Shown piece after piece: positions 58,418 to 64,000 of a stretch of 64,000 bases of DNA. The notes below the pieces were generated by a model that was given only the letters and a program-made list of their open reading frames with translations, searched no databases and had not been told where the DNA came from. Position numbers and translations under genes: made by a program. How positions within the stretch are numbered: the first letter of the stretch is position 1; each line of letters starts with the position of its first letter. The stretch lies in the NCBI GenBank assembly GCA_965223155.1, contig CBDCVR010000013.1, positions 864,001-928,000 on the forward strand, read 5' to 3'. Source of the DNA: Candidatus Multivoradales bacterium (GTDB lineage: Bacteria > Acidobacteriota > Thermoanaerobaculia > Multivoradales > JAHEKO01).

Positions 58418-60012
58418 GACGCGTCCCGGCTGTTCTCTCGGGCCTCCTCCTGACGACTGGACCGGATCGAAGCCCGACGCAATATAGCAAAGGCCACCAC
58501 CAGCCAGGCCACGACCGGAACCGCCCACGGAGCCCTAGAATAAGGGCTCAGGCGCTCGCGGCCGACGACCGATTCGGTGATCGTGCCGAGCTCCCCGACG
58601 CCCAGTTGGCGCCGCACCGAGCCGTCCGCGTCAATGACTACCGAAACGCCCGTGATCGCGGCCCGGAGAAGCACTCGCCGGTTCTCGGCGGCCCGGAAGC
58701 GGGCCGCCCGCAGATGCTGCCAGGGAGCCCAGGTGTCCCCGTACCAGGCGTCGTTGGTGACCGTGGCCAGAAGTGTCGCGCCCCTCTGGACCTTGCCGGC
58801 CACGCTCGACGGGAAGATGACTTCGAAGCAGATCGACACTCCGATCGCCTCCTCGCCCCAGGCCACGTTGCCGGCGGCCTCGCCCTTCGAAAAATCCCCG
58901 GCCGCCCGAGCCAAACGCTGTAGGAACGGTAGCGCGCCGTCGAAGGGGACGTACTCGCCGAAGGGCACCAGGTGCTGCTTGTCGTAGCGTCCGACGGTCC
59001 CGAGCTCGTCGCCCGGTTCGACCAGCAGAGCGGCGTTGAAGTGCTCGCCGGCCCGGTCTCCCCGACCCTCGAAGGGCGAGTTCAAGAGTACCGAACAACC
59101 GCCCTCGCCCAGGCGGGCGAGATCGGCGCGCAGGTGCGGGTGCCGCTCGTAGGCGTAGGGCCAGACCGCGCTCTCGGGCCAGAGCAGAAGCGTGTCCGGC
59201 CGGCAGGCGGGCGAAGATTGCTCAAAGATCTTGGCGTAGTTGCGCTGGACCGTCGCCGGATCGTAGGCCGTGGCGTTGGGAATATTCGGCTGGAGCACGG
59301 CGACCGCAACCGGCTGGCGGGCCGCGCTGCCGCCACCGCTCCGAGCGTGGCGAGTGCCGGCAGTCTCGAGATGATGGTCCCGCGCCGCCACCGAAGCCAG
59401 CGCCGCGATCGCGAGCGCCGTCCAGACCGGCAGCCGCCAGCTTCGGCCCCTGAGGCCGTGGGCGATGGCGACATTGCCGGCCACTAGCAGGGCCGAGACA
59501 CCATGGACGCCCAGCCAGGAGCTTGCCGCCAGCATTCCGGGAACGTCCAGCGCGGCGTAGCCGGCCAGATTCCACGGAAAGCCGGTAAAGACCCAGCCGC
59601 GAAGTAGCTCGGTCACGACCCACAGAGCCGGCAAGACGGCGAGTGCCCGAGCCGTTGCTCTGCGTCCACCCAGCAGCCAAGCGCCCAGGCCGGCGAAAAG
59701 CGCCGGGTACACGGCAAGGTACCCGGCAAGGAGCACGAGCGCAATCCAGGCCAGCGCCGGCGACAGGCCGCCGTAGGTGTCAACGGTCGCCGGGATCCAG
59801 GCCATCGAGGTCGCCCAAAAGGAGAGTCCGAAGAGCCAGCCGGACAGCACCGGCCGGCGACCTTCCAGGAGCAGGATGAGGGGCACCAACGCCAGCCAGG
59901 GAACGACCACCAGCGGCTCGGGCGCGAAGCAAAGCGCCCACAGAGCGCCCGCGGCCAGGGCGACCGCGGCACGGCACGCCGCCGAGAACCAGGAGGAACG
60001 TCGCTTGGTCAT
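58414..60012 (-). CDS. lnt: Apolipoprotein N-acyltransferase
   Basis: GFPWN, QPNI, WPES, YDKQHLVPFGEY, ICFE, TNDAW. Confidence 0.95.
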   Translation of the reverse strand: MTKRRSSWFSAACRAAVALAAGALWALCFAPEPLVVVPWLALVPLILLLEGRRPVLSGWLFGLSFWATSMAWIPATVDTYGGLSPALAWIALVLLAGYLAVYPALFAGLGAWLLGGRRATARALAVLPALWVVTELLRGWVFTGFPWNLAGYAALDVPGMLAASSWLGVHGVSALLVAGNVAIAHGLRGRSWRLPVWTALAIAALASVAARDHHLETAGTRHARSGGGSAARQPVAVAVLQPNIPNATAYDPATVQRNYAKIFEQSSPACRPDTLLLWPESAVWPYAYERHPHLRADLARLGEGGCSVLLNSPFEGRGDRAGEHFNAALLVEPGDELGTVGRYDKQHLVPFGEYVPFDGALPFLQRLARAAGDFSKGEAAGNVAWGEEAIGVSICFEVIFPSSVAGKVQRGATLLATVTNDAWYGDTWAPWQHLRAARFRAAENRRVLLRAAITGVSVVIDADGSVRRQLGVGELGTITESVVGRERLSPYSRAPWAVPVVAWLVVAFAILRRASIRSSRQEEARENSRDAS

Positions 60013-60095
60013 GACGGGAGCGGTCCGGGCCGAACCCGATCGCCGGCCAGCACCGGCCTCAGGCCCCGCGGCGGGTTCCCGGTGAGCAGGTCAGG

Positions 60096-60950
60096 CTAGC
60101 TGGCTCCGTGCGTGATCCAGGTATCCAGCTTGAAAGCCCTGCGCACGCGATCCGCGACCTCCTGGGCCTGGTCCGGATCCAAATAGGGCCCGATCCGAAC
60201 CCGGTGGAGCGTTCGCCCTTCGACGTCAACCGGCGACAGGACCGCCGGATAGCCGCCGTCGCGCAGCCTCTGCACCACCCGCCGGGCCTGCGCCTCGTCG
60301 GTCGAAGAAAAGACCTGGATCACCAGCTCGTTCGTGGCGCTGGCGGGCGCGCTCGCTTCCGAGATGCGCACGGAGCCGGTCGCGCCCGTTCCGCCTGTCC
60401 CGGCAACAGAGCTTGGCGCCGGTTCGTCAGCGGCATCGATCACGCGATCCGCGACCCGCTCGGGCGTCAGATCCTCCAGGAAGGTCGAAGGCGGCGCCGA
60501 GCGGTCGCTGCCGCCGTCTTCGATGATGACCGGAACCTCTTCGGAGCCGGCGGCCTGGTCCTGTGCCCCGGAGTCGCGGGGACGGCGGCGGCGGCGCGGC
60601 CGGTCTCGCTGCTCCGAGCCCGCGACCGCGTCTTGCTCGGACGGGGTGACGGCGGCACCACCAGCAGGGTCCTCTGAGCCAGCCGAGCCCGTCGAGCTCG
60701 TCGAGCCCGTCGAGCCAGCACTCCGGTCGCGGTTGAAAAAGTCCAGCTCGCCAATGGCTTCGTCGCCGACCTCGGGGGCGGCGGCGATGACCTGGGTCGA
60801 GGATGCGCTCATCGAACCGTCGTCGCGGCCCAGCCAGACGCCGCCCAGGAACGCCCCCACGATGCACAGCAGCAGGACGACGAAGATCGTCATCACCTGC
60901 CGGTTGGTCAGCGCGATCTCGTAGTAGCTTTGTCCGGTTCCCTGGCTCAA
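60096..60950 (-). CDS. SPOR-domain cell division protein (FtsN/DedD-like)
   Basis: N-terminal TM, disordered linker, IQVFS...HRVRIGPY. Confidence 0.85.
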   Translation of the reverse strand: MSQGTGQSYYEIALTNRQVMTIFVVLLLCIVGAFLGGVWLGRDDGSMSASSTQVIAAAPEVGDEAIGELDFFNRDRSAGSTGSTSSTGSAGSEDPAGGAAVTPSEQDAVAGSEQRDRPRRRRRPRDSGAQDQAAGSEEVPVIIEDGGSDRSAPPSTFLEDLTPERVADRVIDAADEPAPSSVAGTGGTGATGSVRISEASAPASATNELVIQVFSSTDEAQARRVVQRLRDGGYPAVLSPVDVEGRTLHRVRIGPYLDPDQAQEVADRVRRAFKLDTWITHGAS

Positions 60951-61018
60951 GGGCTAAAGTGCCTCCAAGAAAGAAAGTTTAGCCCGCTTCGCGGCCGCTG
61001 TCAGGTCCCCGGAACGAC

Positions 61019-61768
61019 CTACTTCCCGCGATCCAGAAACGCCTTGAACAGGTCGATCGGAATCGGGAACAGAACCGTCGAGTTCTTCTCCGAGGCAATC
61101 TCGGTCAGCGTCTGAAGATAGCGAAGCTGGAGGGTCGTCGGGTTGGTGCTGATGGTGTCGGCGGCGGCGGCCAGCTGCTGGGAGGCCTGGAGCTCGCCGT
61201 CGGCGTGAATGATCTTGGCTCGCTTCTCACGCTCCGCTTCGGCCTGCCGGGCCATGGCCCGCTGCATCTCTTGCGGCAGATCGACGTGCTTGACCTCGAC
61301 CGCGGAAACCTTGATACCCCAGGGGTCGGTCTGCGAGTCGATGATCGACTGCAGTTCTTCGTTGAGCTTCTCCCGCTCGGAGAGAAGCTCGTCGAGCTCG
61401 GCCTGGCCCAGCACCGAACGCAAAGTGGTCTGGGCGATCTGGCTGGTGGCGACGAGGTAGTTCTCCACCTCGACCACCGCCTTGGCCGGATCCACGACCC
61501 GGAAGTAGACCACCGCGTTGACCTTGACCGAGACGTTGTCGCGGGTGATGACGTCTTGTGACGGCACGTCGTGGACGATGGTCCTCAGGGAGACCTTCAC
61601 CATCTTCTCGATCGGGTAGAAGACGAAGACGAGACCCGGCCCCTTGGGTTTCGACGACAGACGGCCGAGCCAGAAGGTCACCGCCCGCTCGTACTCGTTC
61701 AAGATGTTGACCCAGCGGGAGAATAGAAATATCGCGATTGCGACCAAGGCGATCAATCCGTAGCTCAT
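61019..61768 (-). CDS. Slipin/stomatin (SPFH) family protein
   Basis: [39 protein letters not shown]. Confidence 0.95.
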   Translation of the reverse strand: MSYGLIALVAIAIFLFSRWVNILNEYERAVTFWLGRLSSKPKGPGLVFVFYPIEKMVKVSLRTIVHDVPSQDVITRDNVSVKVNAVVYFRVVDPAKAVVEVENYLVATSQIAQTTLRSVLGQAELDELLSEREKLNEELQSIIDSQTDPWGIKVSAVEVKHVDLPQEMQRAMARQAEAEREKRAKIIHADGELQASQQLAAAADTISTNPTTLQLRYLQTLTEIASEKNSTVLFPIPIDLFKAFLDRGK

Positions 61769-63180
61769 AGCAACTCCTCTTGCTCCGATAATTCCGGTTC
61801 GGGCATGGCCCCGGCAGCGGGCCGTACCCGCAGGGTCATGCCGTCGACGTCCTCGACCACGATCTCGGCGCCGTCGGCGACGGGCACTTCGGCCACCGCC
61901 GTCCACAGCTCGCCGTGAACGAATACCCTGCCCTTGGCGCCGTGGGGACCGACTTCACTTCGCGCCACGCCCCGCTTGTTGACCAGGCCTTCGGAGCCCG
62001 TGGTCACCTGGGACCGGTGAGCCCGAATCGCCATCGACATCAGCGACCCAACCACCAGCGCCGAGAACAAGACCACCGCGGCGATGACGTCGAGCCCCAC
62101 CCGCACCGCCGGATCCACCGACTTGAAAAGCATCAACGAGCCCAGGGCCAACGCCACCAGGCCGGCCACGGTCAGAAGCCCGTAGCTGGTGACCTTGACC
62201 TCGGCGATGAAAAAGATCATCGCCAGCAGAATCAAGGCGATGCCGGCGTAGTTGACCGGCAGCACCGACATCGCGAAGAAGGCCAGGATCAGGCAGATGG
62301 CGCCAATCACCCCGGGCAGTACCGCGCCGGGGTTGGAGAGCTCGAAGTACAGTCCCAGGCCGCCGAGGGTCATCAGGATGTAGGCGATGTTGGGATGCGC
62401 CAGGGCCGACAGCAGCCGCTGGAATCCCGACATCTCGTGCCGTTCGATGAGAGCCCCCGCGGTTGCTAGCGTTCCGGCGGCGTCGGCCCGACCGATCTCG
62501 CGACCGTCGATCGCCTGAAGCAGCGACGACAGGTCGTCCGCCATCAGGTCGATCAAGCCGTTCTCGAGCGCCTCTTCGGCGGTGAACGAACGGCTCTCGA
62601 CCACCGCCGCCTCGGCCAGCTCTTCGTTGCGGCCGTTGCTGGCCGCGAGCGACCGGATCGTCGCAGCCGCGTCCTGCTCGACCTTGTCCGCCATGACGCC
62701 TTCGATCTCCTCACCCGAACCGGCCACCGGATGGGCGGCGCCGGTGTTGGTGCCAGGCGCCATGGCGGCGACGTCGGCCGCCATCACCAGGAAGAAACCG
62801 GCCGAGGCCGCCTGCGCGCCCGACGGCGAGACGTAGACCACCACCGGCACTTCCGAGCCGAGCATGGCGGTGAAGATCTCGCGGGTCGAGGTCAGAAGAC
62901 CGCCCGGAGTCGAGAGCTCCAGTACCAGCGCCCGGGCGTCCATTCGCTCGGCCGCGTCGATGGACTCCTGGACGAACTCGGCCGCGGGCGGATGGATGAT
63001 GGAATTCACCCGGATGGCGAGGACGGGCCCGGTCGCCTCGCGCGACTCCGGAAGCTCGCCCTCGGCCCGGGCGATCAGGGACACCAGCGGCGTTCCCAGG
63101 ATCACCGCCAGTGCGGTGGCCGCAAGCCGGCGCCGGTTCCCAGCCGCCCGAAGGCGGGATCTGCAACGCGGCACACCCAT
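61765..63180 (-). CDS. nfeD: NfeD family membrane-bound serine protease
   Basis: [21 protein letters not shown] region, C-terminal OB fold VHGELW; coupled to slipin. Confidence 0.92.
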   Translation of the reverse strand: MGVPRCRSRLRAAGNRRRLAATALAVILGTPLVSLIARAEGELPESREATGPVLAIRVNSIIHPPAAEFVQESIDAAERMDARALVLELSTPGGLLTSTREIFTAMLGSEVPVVVYVSPSGAQAASAGFFLVMAADVAAMAPGTNTGAAHPVAGSGEEIEGVMADKVEQDAAATIRSLAASNGRNEELAEAAVVESRSFTAEEALENGLIDLMADDLSSLLQAIDGREIGRADAAGTLATAGALIERHEMSGFQRLLSALAHPNIAYILMTLGGLGLYFELSNPGAVLPGVIGAICLILAFFAMSVLPVNYAGIALILLAMIFFIAEVKVTSYGLLTVAGLVALALGSLMLFKSVDPAVRVGLDVIAAVVLFSALVVGSLMSMAIRAHRSQVTTGSEGLVNKRGVARSEVGPHGAKGRVFVHGELWTAVAEVPVADGAEIVVEDVDGMTLRVRPAAGAMPEPELSEQEELL

Positions 63181-63221
63181 CGGGCTCAGTATATCGATCG
63201 TATCGGGCGCCCAGCAGTCCG

Positions 63222-64000
63222 TTAGGGGTCGGCGCCGTTTTCGATCCATTCGACGATGCCCGCGATCTCGGCGCCAGTCAGAAAGGGCCCACCCAAAGGC
63301 ATCCGGCCGCCCACCGGAGTGCCGCCCCGGAGCTTCCGCACGAGATAGCTGCGCTCGGGGTCCCTGGGCCGCACCCGCAAGAGCGGCGCTTGCCGCGCCG
63401 GCGCCTCGACCAGGTTGGCGTAGGCCTCGCCCGCGATCAGGACCAGGCCCTCCTCGGCGGTGGCCGGATCGTGGCAACCGCTGACGCCACAACGGGGAGC
63501 GAGGATCCGCGCCTCGATCTCGGGAAATGTCGTTGGCGCATCGCCGGCGGCGCAGCTCGCGAACGCCCGAAACTCGGTCTTGCGGCGAGCCATGTCGAGA
63601 CAGACGGTCAGCCCGGTCCCGGCCGGAAGAGCGGCGCCCAGGGGTTCGACGCTGACGGTCACCAGCGAACCCGCCGCCAGGCTCCGCGCGAAGAGCTTGG
63701 CGCCCCGAAAGGCGTCGTCCGGCGTCCGGGTCAAGGCCAGGCGGAACCGCTTGCGGACGCGTCCGGTTTCGGACGAGAGCACGGTCGCCCGGACGACTAC
63801 TTGCCGGGGCAGAGCGGCCTGCTGCTGCCCGGCACGCGCCGGCCGCTCCAACCGGCCCGAGAGCTGGACGAACCGGCCGGCCAGCTCGACCTTGGCCGGA
63901 ACCAGCCAGCTCGCGACCACCCGCTCGGCGCCCTCGTCGAGGGACGCCGGCAGGCGCACCGCGATCTCGACCGGCCGCCGGGCCGCGGGATCCGGAATCA
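63222..64000 (-). CDS. Hypothetical protein with C-terminal cytochrome c-like domain (5' end probably outside the window)
   Basis: CGVSGCH, RVRPRDPERSYL, RMP, WIENGA. Confidence 0.68.
   Translation of the reverse strand, partial: IPDPAARRPVEIAVRLPASLDEGAERVVASWLVPAKVELAGRFVQLSGRLERPARAGQQQAALPRQVVVRATVLSSETGRVRKRFRLALTRTPDDAFRGAKLFARSLAAGSLVTVSVEPLGAALPAGTGLTVCLDMARRKTEFRAFASCAAGDAPTTFPEIEARILAPRCGVSGCHDPATAEEGLVLIAGEAYANLVEAPARQAPLLRVRPRDPERSYLVRKLRGGTPVGGRMPLGGPFLTGAEIAGIVEWIENGADP

Overview
GC-rich bacterial chromosomal window; gene content suggests an Acidobacteriota (Thermoanaerobaculia-like) genome, which is an inference. Housekeeping blocks flank a large accessory middle. Left block: ProDH, lipA, lipB, E2, lpdA. 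Right block: fbaB, prfB with its +1 frameshift, lnt, SPOR, slipin/NfeD. Signals that ORF calling misses: (1) an AhpD-like gene whose UGA sits in a CxxU motif, with a SECIS-like hairpin; a diverged duplicate differs only synonymously after the UGA, pointing to a selenoprotein. (2) A complete IS1111-type IS110 element whose 3' noncoding end folds into a two-loop bridge/seek RNA with guides matching its own insertion site. (3) A secreted peptide / ECF sigma / zinc-finger-TPR cassette inserted in the lipoate-dehydrogenase cluster, a candidate undescribed peptide-signalling system. (4) A c-di-GMP-I riboswitch ahead of a tiny, apparently truncated ORF. (5) A DUF222-HNH gene with a repeated 18-bp palindrome and a leaderless consensus promoter. 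(6) An IS5-family element with a -1 frameshift, gene-end duplications, a frameshifted RidA lipoprotein, and SARP-type repeats upstream of an SdrD-repeat surface protein. Product calls come from motif recognition only; no database searches were run.
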